A stretch of DNA of 64,000 bases from Candidatus Pullichristensenella avicola (GCA_018711655.1 DVIA01000043.1:14130-78129), one strand, 5' to 3'; positions 1-9,005 are shown, counted from the stretch's first letter. Numbers and translations: made by a program. Notes: generated by a model not told the origin, from the letters alone.

Positions 1-3000
1 GCCCGGGTTGCCGAACTTGATGTTCAGGGCGGTGACCACCATGTTGCGGATGCGCTCAATGGCCACTTCCGCGGTGAGGCCATACTTGGCGAAAAGTTCG
101 TCCATTTTGCCCTGCGCCTCGCCGGTAAGCAGGCTGAGCAGGAACGTTGGCTCGGTAAGCATCTCCACGAAGGAATTGACAACGGAATTGGCCAGCGCGC
201 CAAAGACCGCCTTGGAGGTATCGACCGTTTCGTCGCTGAACTGCGCGGCCAGCAGATCAATGATCATTGCCTCCAGCGCCGCGGCGTCGCTCGCGTCTAT
301 CGCCTCATAAGCTTCTTTGAACTCGGCGTCATTGGCCAGCATTTCCTCCAGGCTCGCATAGCCCTTTGCCTTGACCAGGGCGTTAAGCAGCATACCGACG
401 CCCTCGGTATCGGCAAAGTACTCCATCAGGTCCGCAAAGATGGCCTCTATGCTCGCCTTGTCCTCTGCTTCGAGGATGTCGGCGCGAACGGTCAGCGTGT
501 TGGCGCGCAGATTCGAAGCGCCGAGATATGCAGTGTTGTTGTAACGAACATAGTTGATAGCGACGCCCACGCCCACGCCAGTCGTAGAATTTGTAGCGCT
601 GGCGTTAGCGGAGATGACGGCATCCGTATCCACCAGGGAAGTCACGGCCACATCGCCGTCGGCTTCGATCGCGGTGTCATCGCCGACGCGGGCCGAAGAA
701 TCGTTTTTGAGAATGTTGAGCGCAAGCGCTGCGGCAACTTGCACGCTGCCTTCCTGCGTCTGCGCGCGGGGGCGATCCTGCGCAAGCGTCGAAATGGCCG
801 CGGAGTTGACGTTGTTGGTTCCGATGCTGGCGGCAAGCGCGCTGGCGGTCTGTGTGTTCAGATCTGCGATCTGATCCGCCTGGCCCTCCTGATTCAGCGC
901 GCTGACGTTCGAGCCGCCCGCTCCGCTCTGGCCGGTAAGCGTTTCATCAATTTGATCCTGCGTGCCGGTCGAGGCCTGGCTCTCCTGCTGTTGCTGCTGT
1001 TGAAGCTCATCCGGCGTCTTGGGACCGGTGGGGCTTGTCGTGGGCGTAGCGCCCTTGGAACTGGCAATGACCTTTTGGTCAAAGCGACTGATGGATTGCG
1101 AATCCACCATTACATTGCGCGCCGAGGCGCTGCGCTCAAGGGCGGCAGCGGCAGAGTCGTTGAAGATACCGATGCCAAACGCGCCGCCGACGCCGACGCC
1201 CGCGCCCACGGCCGAGGCGTCCACCTGCATGGTGCGCTCCACCTGGCCATTGGCGGTAACAGACACATCGCCACTAGCGTCGATCTCCTCATTCGCGGTG
1301 CCAAAGTACGCCTGCGTATACACACCGCCGACGCCCAGGGCCAATACCGGCACTATGGACGTGCCGCCGGCCGCGCCGGCCGCGGCTTCAATGTGCTCCG
1401 TACCACTATAGGAAGCGTTTACCCACGCAGAGGTGAGCGGAAGATTTCCGAACGTCACGCCATCCTCGATGCGCGCGGTGACGTCTACACCAACCAGCCC
1501 GACCGCGATGCCGGCGCCAACGCCAGTGGAATTGGCCGTCATCTGGTTTGCGGGTTCGAAGGGAATAACGATGCCGCCAAGAGTAATGCTGCGGCGCTCG
1601 CGCTTTCCGGAGGCGTCGCCTACCGTGACGTAGCGACCCGTGCCGGTGGAATCCACGCCCACCTGGCCGCCGTTAATCGTATAGGAAGCGCCCTTGCCCA
1701 CCAGCGCATTGTTGATCGCCGTGGCCAAATGCACGGAAATCGCGCCGCCCAGACCAAAGTCTGCAGTCGAGGGAACATGGCCGGCCTTGATGATCACGCT
1801 GGATCCCGTGTGCCCCATGTCGGCGTCTACAAACAGACTTTGGGCGGTAATTGCGCCGCCAGTGATTTCGGCCACATTGTTGTTGTTGAAATAGGAAACG
1901 CCAACAGCCGTGCCGATCGCCTTCTGCGGCGCATCCTGGGGCGTCAGGCCCGTCACGGGGTCAATCGGAGGCGTTCTGTACAGCGAAGCGTCGGCGCGCA
2001 GTTCCGCGTAGGCTTCGCCACGGGCGAACACATCCACTGCGCCGGCAGCCTGAATATCGCCAACGGTGGCGATGCGGGCGGCGTTATCGTTGTCGATATA
2101 TGCCAGCGAGAAAGCGCCTGCGAACTGCTTCCCGGGCTTCTGCGGCTTATCGACCACCTGAACCGCCTGGTCGAGGAAGCCCTGGATGCCCGTAGCGCCG
2201 CTGATCAGATTGCGCAGCGCTCCGGCGATATCCGTCTTGATGCCAAGCAGCTTCTTGACCACGCCGATGGCTTTCGTCGTCGAAATTGCGCCGGATGCCT
2301 CCGCGTCGGCGGGGATGTTGACCGTCACCGTATTGGCATGCACGCGGGAAGTGGAATCCAGGCGGATGTCGCCCGCGAGCGCCAGAATGCTGGCAGAATC
2401 AAGCACCTCAACAGACGTATTGTTCTGAATAAACGTTCCGGCAATGTACACGCCCGTTGCCGGCTTCGTCGCCAGCGTCTTGGCGGGCTTGCCCGTCGAG
2501 AAGGAACCGGTGGTCACCGCCGCATTGGCGATCAGGTCCACGCTGCCATCCGCTTCGATTCGCGCGTTGTCCTTCACCGTCACATGCGTATCCACCAGCG
2601 CCACGGCAAGGGAAATCGCAAATTTCGGCACGCCGCCCACGGTATCGGCCGTGATGCTGGTATCGGAATAAGCATCCAGGTGCGCGTTGGAGCCCGCCTG
2701 AATCAGCGCGTCGCCGGCGACTGTAACGGTCGCTTCACCAATCGCAACGCCCACAGCCACGGGGATGACCACGCTGGCCACGCCGTTGGTGGTATTGACG
2801 AGAATATCCAGTTCGCTGCCAATGCGCACGGCGCCTTCAGCGATGATCTCGCCCAGAACATCGATGGTCGCGTAGCCCATCTTCAGAACGAAGGGCTGCA
2901 GTTCGAAGTCGGCAGGAAGGATGCCGCCGGGCAGATCCGGAATGGGGAGATAGCCCTCGCTCAGGGCAAGGCTGGCAAGGATGTCCACCGACTCGGCCGC

Positions 3001-5850
3001 TTCAAGCCTGGCGTTTTCGCCGATCGTGATGCGGCGATCGCTCTCCGCCTCGTACAGACCGACCTCGAGGCTCATGTCGTCCTCGCCTTCGGAGAGATCG
3101 TCGTCAACGATGGACAGGGAACCTTCGATCACGACGTCGTCCGTGCCGACGGCCTGCAGAAGGATGTTCTTGCCGGTCACTTCCCCATTGACCTGAATGC
3201 GCTTGCCGGTAACGAGCACGTTCATGCCCGCGGCCAACAGACGATCAATGGTGATCTCGCCGTCATCGCCAGCATCGTATACGATATTGGTGAACAACAG
3301 ACCATCGTCCGGAATCGTCAATTCGGAAACGAAGTCCAGCACCTCGTAGGGATTGACGCCCACCAGTTCCGTCAGCGGCAGGCCGTCCGGACCCAGCACG
3401 GGCAGGCCGGCGTCATCCAGTACCGGAACTTCCTGGTAGGACTCATACTTGGTAACAAGCTCGGTGATCTCATAATTGGTGAACGGAAGCGCCTCGCCCG
3501 AAAGCGCCTCGCCTTCCAGGCGGATGGTGCGCTTGTTCTCCAGGGCGTCGGTAAAGGCCTCGATGCCAAGCGCCGCAATTTTAAACTGCTTCTCAAAACT
3601 CAGCGTCAGCGCGTCGCCGGCGATGTCGCCCAGGAAGCTCAGTTCCGCAAGCGCCTCAATGGTCACTTCAACAGAATCGGCGTCCATCTGCGCGGTGATG
3701 CGCTCGGCCTCGTCGATTCCATCGTTGAGCTTGCCGGTGATGTGCAGACGGTCGAAGCCGTCGTTGCCCAGCACTTCGGTGGCAATGCCGCCGATGGTGG
3801 AGAAGGCCGCGGTGGTATCGACGGTAATGACATCGTCGCCCAAACCACCATCCAGACTAAAGTTTGTTTTCTGATATTCGGTGGCGCCGGCGCCGGCAAT
3901 ATAATCCGTAAGGAACTGCACGACTTCCTGCCCGAGCGAGAGCGTGCGAGCGCCGGAAATGTTGATGCGGTCGTTGCCTTCGCCGCCAAGAATGCTCACG
4001 TCTGCCGCGCCGATGTCTACGCCAAAGCCGTATTGCAGCGTCAGGGGCGCATTCGGGTCGCTGCCGATAACCGGCGTGCCAGGCGCCAGATCGGTCGAAT
4101 CCACAAGCGTGAAGTCCAGCGTGTCGTTGCCCAGGCCGAGGTTGATGTTGACCTTGAGCGGCTCCGCATCCAGGGCGGCGTCGATGACCATATCGTCGAT
4201 GCTGTCGAGCAGGTCGAGCATCGTTTCCTTCAAGCCAGCAGGCAGGTCCTGAATGCTCTCGACACTGGTAATTCCCTCAAAGGCCGTCTGCCAGCCTTCC
4301 TGCAGGTCGATACCAAATTCGAGGCTCGGATTCTTCTCCGTGCGGACACTCACGCGGTCGTCGCCCTTGCCCGTGTCAACCGTGACCGAGCCGGTAACGT
4401 TGCTTACGTTCATGTCCACAACGTCGTCCTGCGTCGTGCCATAATAGGTAACGCTCTGAGCGCCCTCGACGTTGACCAGGCCGCGCGTGGAAAGATAGAG
4501 ACCCGCAAGCACAACGTCAAGGCCGTCGAAGTCGATGTTGATGTCGCCCTCAACCTGCGCGCCGCCATCGCCTTCAGCGGTGAAGGAGCCATCCTCGGCG
4601 ATCGCGTCTTCGGCGACGATATTGATCTGTATCTGGCTCTGCTGCTCTTTGTTCAGCCCCAGGATCTCCGCAATCAGATCAGCAAGGGGCGAACCGCTGC
4701 CCGAATCATTGCTGATGTTCAGGCCGCCCTGGTAGATGCCGTCGGAAACGACGATGGTCGCCGTTTTTACAGCCTGCTGCTCATCCGGAGATTCATACAG
4801 GCTCTTGATATATGTAAGAGCGCTCTGCATCGCGTTGGTGATGGCGTTGTTCTCAGCATCGTTGCTGAAGGTGATATCCGCGCCGATCTCCTTAATGTAC
4901 GTGCTGCCCGCCGGAATGGCATAGGCTTCCACGGTGTCATCCTGGCCCACGGGCGGTTCATCGCCAGCGGCCAGAATCTGGGCGCCCTCCGGCAGGATGG
5001 GCGCGTTGTCGCCGGTAAGCTGATAAGCGGCCTCGAGCGCGCTCATATCCGGAATAACGACTCCGGTCTGTTCCTGGGTATCGCCTTCGCCGGCCGTTTC
5101 TCCTTCTTCGCCGGAGGTCTCGCCCTCGGACGTTCCTTCGCCCGGCGTTCCCTCTTCGCCGGTCTCCTCGGAAACTTCGCCCTCGTCCGGAATCAGCGTC
5201 TCTTCAATTTTGCCCTCTTCATCCTCCGAACCGGTTTCGCCGCCGGCTTCCTCGCCGGAGGTTTCGCCCTCGGACGTTTCCTCGCCCGGCCTTCCCTCTT
5301 CGCCGGTCTCCTCGGAAACTTCGCCCTCGTCCGGAATCAGCGTCTCTTCTTCTTCGGAAGAAGTTTCTCCCTCATCAGAGACTTCGGTCTTTTCCTCTTG
5401 ATTTCCCGGCACTCCGTCTACATTTTCAGCGCCCTGCTGCGATCCGGTCTGCGCGCCATCCAACGCGCCCGCATCGTCGTTTCCGCTGACAGAAGCGCCA
5501 TCAGGAATACTGCTCGACTCGGAGGAGCCGCCCGCAACGTTGCCGCCATCTCCGGATTCGCTTCCCGCGCCAGGCGCAGAATATCCGGCAGAGGCACCCT
5601 GCACAACATTCGCGTATGCAGCGGCCACAGGCGGACTCTTTGCCGCGGCGGACGTTCCGCCGGCATTTCCCTGCGACGCGGCGACTTCGCCGGTCGCCGA
5701 AGCCGAAACTGGCGGCGCAGAACTTTCCTCGGCCGTTGCGAACACCGCGCTGGCAAACAGCGCGAGCATCATCACCAAGCAAAGGATGCTGACGCCGTTC
5801 TTGGTCAGCCTACGGAAATCGCGCCTCTTTTTCTCAATCAGCTTCTTCAT
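1..5850 (-). CDS. giant secreted/cell-surface repeat protein; N-terminus in window, C-terminus runs off the left edge (at least 1950 aa)
   Basis: Absent from the supplied ORF track because there is no stop inside the window. On the reverse strand, GGGGAGG-7nt-ATG gives a start at 5850. My translation begins MKKLIEKKRRDFRRLTKNGVSILCLVMMLALFASAVFATAEE (basic N-region plus hydrophobic segment, i.e. signal peptide or anchor). Eight spot translations further along (codons starting at 4380, 4152, 4020, 3864, 3780, 1230, 1020, 480) and the final 20 codons (60..1) are all in phase with this start and protein-like; I did not scan every codon for stops. Contents: an acidic E/G/T/S tandem, dispersed GxG(N/D)Dx(I/L/V) motifs, G/A/V-rich strands (MQVDASAVGAGVGVGGAFGIGIFNDSAAAA), a QQQQQQ linker and a helical tail (...IERIRNMVVTALNIKFGNPG at the window edge). 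Confidence 0.85.
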   Translation of the reverse strand, partial: MKKLIEKKRRDFRRLTKNGVSILCLVMMLALFASAVFATAEESSAPPVSASATGEVAASQGNAGGTSAAAKSPPVAAAYANVVQGASAGYSAPGAGSESGDGGNVAGGSSESSSIPDGASVSGNDDAGALDGAQTGSQQGAENVDGVPGNQEEKTEVSDEGETSSEEEETLIPDEGEVSEETGEEGRPGEETSEGETSGEEAGGETGSEDEEGKIEETLIPDEGEVSEETGEEGTPGEGTSEGETSGEEGETAGEGDTQEQTGVVIPDMSALEAAYQLTGDNAPILPEGAQILAAGDEPPVGQDDTVEAYAIPAGSTYIKEIGADITFSNDAENNAITNAMQSALTYIKSLYESPDEQQAVKTATIVVSDGIYQGGLNISNDSGSGSPLADLIAEILGLNKEQQSQIQINIVAEDAIAEDGSFTAEGDGGAQVEGDINIDFDGLDVVLAGLYLSTRGLVNVEGAQSVTYYGTTQDDVVDMNVSNVTGSVTVDTGKGDDRVSVRTEKNPSLEFGIDLQEGWQTAFEGITSVESIQDLPAGLKETMLDLLDSIDDMVIDAALDAEPLKVNINLGLGNDTLDFTLVDSTDLAPGTPVIGSDPNAPLTLQYGFGVDIGAADVSILGGEGNDRINISGARTLSLGQEVVQFLTDYIAGAGATEYQKTNFSLDGGLGDDVITVDTTAAFSTIGGIATEVLGNDGFDRLHITGKLNDGIDEAERITAQMDADSVEVTIEALAELSFLGDIAGDALTLSFEKQFKIAALGIEAFTDALENKRTIRLEGEALSGEALPFTNYEITELVTKYESYQEVPVLDDAGLPVLGPDGLPLTELVGVNPYEVLDFVSELTIPDDGLLFTNIVYDAGDDGEITIDRLLAAGMNVLVTGKRIQVNGEVTGKNILLQAVGTDDVVIEGSLSIVDDDLSEGEDDMSLEVGLYEAESDRRITIGENARLEAAESVDILASLALSEGYLPIPDLPGGILPADFELQPFVLKMGYATIDVLGEIIAEGAVRIGSELDILVNTTNGVASVVIPVAVGVAIGEATVTVAGDALIQAGSNAHLDAYSDTSITADTVGGVPKFAISLAVALVDTHVTVKDNARIEADGSVDLIANAAVTTGSFSTGKPAKTLATKPATGVYIAGTFIQNNTSVEVLDSASILALAGDIRLDSTSRVHANTVTVNIPADAEASGAISTTKAIGVVKKLLGIKTDIAGALRNLISGATGIQGFLDQAVQVVDKPQKPGKQFAGAFSLAYIDNDNAARIATVGDIQAAGAVDVFARGEAYAELRADASLYRTPPIDPVTGLTPQDAPQKAIGTAVGVSYFNNNNVAEITGGAITAQSLFVDADMGHTGSSVIIKAGHVPSTADFGLGGAISVHLATAINNALVGKGASYTINGGQVGVDSTGTGRYVTVGDASGKRERRSITLGGIVIPFEPANQMTANSTGVGAGIAVGLVGVDVTARIEDGVTFGNLPLTSAWVNASYSGTEHIEAAAGAAGGTSIVPVLALGVGGVYTQAYFGTANEEIDASGDVSVTANGQVERTMQVDASAVGAGVGVGGAFGIGIFNDSAAAALERSASARNVMVDSQSISRFDQKVIASSKGATPTTSPTGPKTPDELQQQQQQESQASTGTQDQIDETLTGQSGAGGSNVSALNQEGQADQIADLNTQTASALAASIGTNNVNSAAISTLAQDRPRAQTQEGSVQVAAALALNILKNDSSARVGDDTAIEADGDVAVTSLVDTDAVISANASATNSTTGVGVGVAINYVRYNNTAYLGASNLRANTLTVRADILEAEDKASIEAIFADLMEYFADTEGVGMLLNALVKAKGYASLEEMLANDAEFKEAYEAIDASDAAALEAMIIDLLAAQFSDETVDTSKAVFGALANSVVNSFVEMLTEPTFLLSLLTGEAQGKMDELFAKYGLTAEVAIERIRNMVVTALNIKFGNPG
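5109..5349. repeat. 144-nt (48-aa) tandem duplication inside the giant CDS (acidic linker)
   Basis: The 97-nt blocks 5109-5205 and 5253-5349 are near-identical, with a 144-nt offset. They encode EETLIPDEGEVSEETGEEG(R/T)PGE..TSEGETSGEE twice. Confidence 0.9.
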
Positions 5851-5901
5851 TGCAATACCTCCCCGAGCAATCTCGAGCGGAATATTTTCTGACGATGGCA
5901 A

Positions 5902-7317
5902 CTATTCTACGATCTGTTCAGCGTCGATCTGTTCGCCCTCCAGCAGTCGTTGGCTCTCGTAATACTGCGCAAGCTGCCAGAGTATGTTGGTGGCGGCGTC
6001 TTTGAGCGTTTGCTCATCGCCGCTGGTAAGCGTCATTTCCATATCGTCGAGCGCGCTGTCATAATCCAGCAGATTCACATAACACACGCCGCGATTGTAG
6101 TAACAGAACTGTGTGAGATAGCCCTGCTCGATGGAACTGGTGAAATCCGCCACCGCTTCCTCATAACGCCCCAACGAGAGCAGGCTTACGCCGCGGTAGT
6201 AGTAGCTGCCCACCAGTTCGGGCCCGTTTTCAATGGCCAGCGTGAGATATTCGACAGCCTCTTCATACTGGCCCAGCGACATCGCGGAGGCTCCCATTTG
6301 CTGATAGACGGAGCCGAGCGAAGCGCTAGCGTCCGGAAGCGCCAGAAGGCGTTCGCCATAGGCGATCACAGCCTCGTAGTTTTCGGAAATATACGAGCAC
6401 GTCACAAGCTGTTCCAGCGTCGCCGCCTCAGAATAGCCGCGCTCGAGGGCGCCTTCAAAATCCGCAATCGCCAGTTCATAGTTGGCAAGCTGCATCTCGC
6501 AGCAACCGCGCAGGAAGTAAGCGGTCGCCAGCAAGGCTTCCATGGAGGCGTTCTGCCCGTCGGCGTCCGCCTCGGAGGACGTTTCAGAGACTTCGGTCTG
6601 TTCGTGTTCGTCAATATAGGCGGTGAAGCCGTCGCGCGCGGTTTCGTATTCGCCCGCGAGCAGCTGGCAGCGCAGCGCCTCCAGGCGATAAACGCTCTCC
6701 TGCGGGAACTGCGTGTAAATCGCCTCATAGCACTCCGCGGCTTCGGCGTAACGCCCCAGCACTTCGTAGATCTGCGCAAGATCCTGACGGACGGCCGCGT
6801 CGTCGGGCACGAGGGCAAGATAACTTTCCAGGTCCCGCGCCGCCGGCAGATAGGACTGCTGAGCCAGTTCGATCTGCGCCCGCAAAAGCAACGCCTGCGA
6901 AGATTCCGGGTCGTATTCCAGCGCGCTTTCAAGCGCGGCGAGCGCATCGTCGTAATTCTGCATCAGCATATACAGCGAAGCCTTGCGCAGCATCAGGTCG
7001 GCCATGAGCGCGCCGTCGCTTTCATCCGCAAGGGCGGAACACTCGTCAAGATAGCCGAGCGCCTCCTCGTAGTTGCCCTGGCCGATGGCGATGTTGGCAA
7101 GCTGGTAGTAATCATCGTATGTCTGCGGTTCGTCGATCTCGTCCTGAAGAATAGAGTAAATCCTCGAAAGCGGATCCTCTTCGGCAAGCACAGCGGCGAA
7201 TTGAGAAATCGCGTCAAACTGCGTCACGACCGCCGTGCACAAAAGCACGATGGCGATGACCAGAGAAACCACGCGCAAAATGGGCTTTTTGCCTTTTTCA
7301 TTTCGTCCTGCTTTCAT
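5902..7317 (-). CDS. membrane-anchored TPR-repeat protein
   Basis: Track ORF is 5902..7335. I prefer the ATG at 7317 (GGGAGG-8nt-ATG). The N-terminus MKAGRNEKGKKPILRVVSLVIAIVLLCTAVV is basic plus one TM helix. The rest is made of 34-aa-type A/Y/L/E repeats (e.g. YYYRGVSLLSLGRYEEAVADF, GQGNYEEALGYLDECSAL) typical of TPR. It lies 51 nt upstream of the giant CDS on the same strand. Confidence 0.8.
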   Translation of the reverse strand: MKAGRNEKGKKPILRVVSLVIAIVLLCTAVVTQFDAISQFAAVLAEEDPLSRIYSILQDEIDEPQTYDDYYQLANIAIGQGNYEEALGYLDECSALADESDGALMADLMLRKASLYMLMQNYDDALAALESALEYDPESSQALLLRAQIELAQQSYLPAARDLESYLALVPDDAAVRQDLAQIYEVLGRYAEAAECYEAIYTQFPQESVYRLEALRCQLLAGEYETARDGFTAYIDEHEQTEVSETSSEADADGQNASMEALLATAYFLRGCCEMQLANYELAIADFEGALERGYSEAATLEQLVTCSYISENYEAVIAYGERLLALPDASASLGSVYQQMGASAMSLGQYEEAVEYLTLAIENGPELVGSYYYRGVSLLSLGRYEEAVADFTSSIEQGYLTQFCYYNRGVCYVNLLDYDSALDDMEMTLTSGDEQTLKDAATNILWQLAQYYESQRLLEGEQIDAEQIVE

Positions 7318-7443
7318 GTGCCGTTCCTCCCACATACCAAAGTCTGTTTTTGTCGGGTTTCCGTATATTTTAGACTTCGGTCTTTTCCTGTAAAGCGCTC
7401 CATCTGCGCAACGCTCACAGATATATTTCCTTTCGTTGGATCG

Positions 7444-7459
7444 CGTTTATCGATAAACG
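7444..7459. promoter_or_regulatory. perfect 16-nt palindrome CGTTTATCGATAAACG in the 5' leader of the TPR/giant-protein operon (candidate operator)
   Basis: Self-complementarity checked base by base. AACGATA recurs at 7456-7462 and 7469-7475. The site lies roughly 50-60 nt downstream of the predicted transcription start. Confidence 0.4.
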
Positions 7460-7513
7460 ATAAAAATTAACGATACACACATTAAATTATATCATACACT
7501 ATTCTAGCATTAC

Positions 7514-7542
7514 ATTATATTCCAATTTCAGTCGCTTGTCAA
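7514..7542 (-). promoter_or_regulatory. consensus sigma-A promoter for the TPR/giant-protein operon
   Basis: Reverse strand reads TTGACA (7542-7537), a 17-nt spacer, then TATAAT (7519-7514). Both hexamers are perfect, in an AT-rich stretch upstream of the TPR gene. Confidence 0.7.
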
Positions 7543-7868
7543 GCGATTTTGGACGATATTTTAAGTTTTTTGTTGATTTCAGCGCTCTACATAACATTCG
7601 TAATCATTCCATAACTTTTGCATGGTGTACCCCGGCAAATCAGTCTGCCATCCCGTTTCCACCCTGTCGCCAGCGGCACACCTTCCCGCTCATCGCTGCG
7701 CCGGGCAATCACTTTCCTCTCCCGGCAGAGGAGCAAATGAAAACGCGGCCTTCCTCCTGCCTCTGTTTGGAGATATCCTGGAAAAAGGGCCGCGCATAAT
7801 ATATGTTCTATATGAGTTTCTACCTATTTATTATACATCCGCTGAACCGGCCTGTCTCATGGTCGCGG

Positions 7869-9005
7869 TCATTTCAGACCAGATTCTGTTTTCTGATCCT
7901 GCTCGCGCCGATTCACATCTTCCCGCAAAAGTCTGTATGCCGTGGCCGCCAACGGAACGCCCAGCAACATGCCGACAATGCCCAACACGGAACCTCCAAC
8001 CGTGATTGCCGCCAGCACCCACAGCGCCGGCAATTTCAGCGAGGCCCCAACCACGCGCGGATAGACCAAATTCCCCTCCAACTGCTGCAGAATTACAATG
8101 AACACCAGGAAAAAAGCCGCCTCGATCGGGGAAACCGTCATAATCATGATCGCGCCGACAATCGCGCCTATATATGCGCCGGCGATGGGGATCAGGGCCG
8201 TTGCACCCACAAGCGTACCGACCATCGTCGCATATGGGAAACCGAGCAGCAACATGCCCAGCATGCACAGGGAGCCGAGAATTATCGCCTCTATACACTG
8301 GCCGACGATATATCGATGGAAACAGTCGTCCATCACGCCAAGCACATACCGCACGCGCGCATGCCATGCTGGCCGCAGATATGTGCGCATCAGACGAGAC
8401 ATCTGCGCGCAAATGCGCTCCTTGCCGTAGAGCAGGTATACTGCAAACACCACCGCCATCACCAATGTGGTCGCGCCGGAAAACACGCCGGATACCGTGA
8501 CCACCACAGAGTTCATCAGCCCGCCGAAACCACCGCCCAGCCAATCGACAACGCGCGTTACGCCGTCCTGCCAGCCGGCGTCTACGCTTGTCAACTCCTC
8601 CGGCAGCAACTGGGCAATTTCCGGATAACGCATCAGTTCCGCATAACCTCGCTCCAAAAGCGCCGGCACGTCGTTGAGCAAAAGCTGCAGGCTTTTTATA
8701 AGTTCCGGGACAATCAGTAGAATTACCAGAGACACCAAGAGAAGAATCGTCAGGATGGAAGCAAACAGACATACGCCACGCCGCGTGCGCGCAGCAAAAC
8801 GACCGCCGCGGCGCGGAAAGTAATGCCTCTCATAAAACCGCATCATTCGGTTTACAAGGTAGGCGATTCCCGCGCCCAAAACCAGCGGCCACAGTCCGCT
8901 GAGGAATACGCCGAGCAGCCGCGCTACGCTTTCCCAATAATGCACGGCAAGATAAACAAGCACGATGGTAATTCCAACGCGCAGACAGGCTTTCCACTTC
9001 AACAT
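7869..9005 (-). CDS. AI-2E family transporter (PerM/UPF0118-type permease)
   Basis: Multiple hydrophobic segments and the C-terminal motif ILQQLEGNLVYPRVVGASLKLPALWVLAAITVGG characteristic of this family. I prefer the start at 9005 (AGAGGTG-5nt-ATG; MLKWKACLRVGITIVL); the track start 9044 is an alternative. Confidence 0.8.
   Translation of the reverse strand: MLKWKACLRVGITIVLVYLAVHYWESVARLLGVFLSGLWPLVLGAGIAYLVNRMMRFYERHYFPRRGGRFAARTRRGVCLFASILTILLLVSLVILLIVPELIKSLQLLLNDVPALLERGYAELMRYPEIAQLLPEELTSVDAGWQDGVTRVVDWLGGGFGGLMNSVVVTVSGVFSGATTLVMAVVFAVYLLYGKERICAQMSRLMRTYLRPAWHARVRYVLGVMDDCFHRYIVGQCIEAIILGSLCMLGMLLLGFPYATMVGTLVGATALIPIAGAYIGAIVGAIMIMTVSPIEAAFFLVFIVILQQLEGNLVYPRVVGASLKLPALWVLAAITVGGSVLGIVGMLLGVPLAATAYRLLREDVNRREQDQKTESGLK

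Noticed and set aside
739-5892. 1717-aa plus-strand ORF, the longest in the supplied track
   Set aside because: The product is Arg/Gly/Ala-rich with no recognisable domain and no SD. It is the antisense shadow of the minus-strand giant CDS, which has a strong RBS, a signal peptide and protein-like sequence throughout.
5950-7470. 506-aa plus-strand ORF
   Set aside because: It is the antisense shadow of the TPR gene. The same logic applies to 9364..10266(-), 10485..11618(-), 12324..13778(+), 15614..16642(-), 19530..20714(-), 20715..22328(-), 23563..24927(+), 25698..26747(+), 26816..28087(+), 31286..32137(-), 32243..33409(+), 38419..39609(+), 39356..40303(+), 40653..41942(+), 51941..52807(+), 52269..53777(+), 53201..54655(+) and 56205..57572(-).
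7600-7760. Cobalamin- or fluoride-type riboswitch impression (GGGAAGG, GCCGCTGG, GGGATGG...CTGAT)
   Set aside because: The motif order and spacing do not fit the consensus as I recall it. The element also lies upstream of, not downstream of, the operon promoter.
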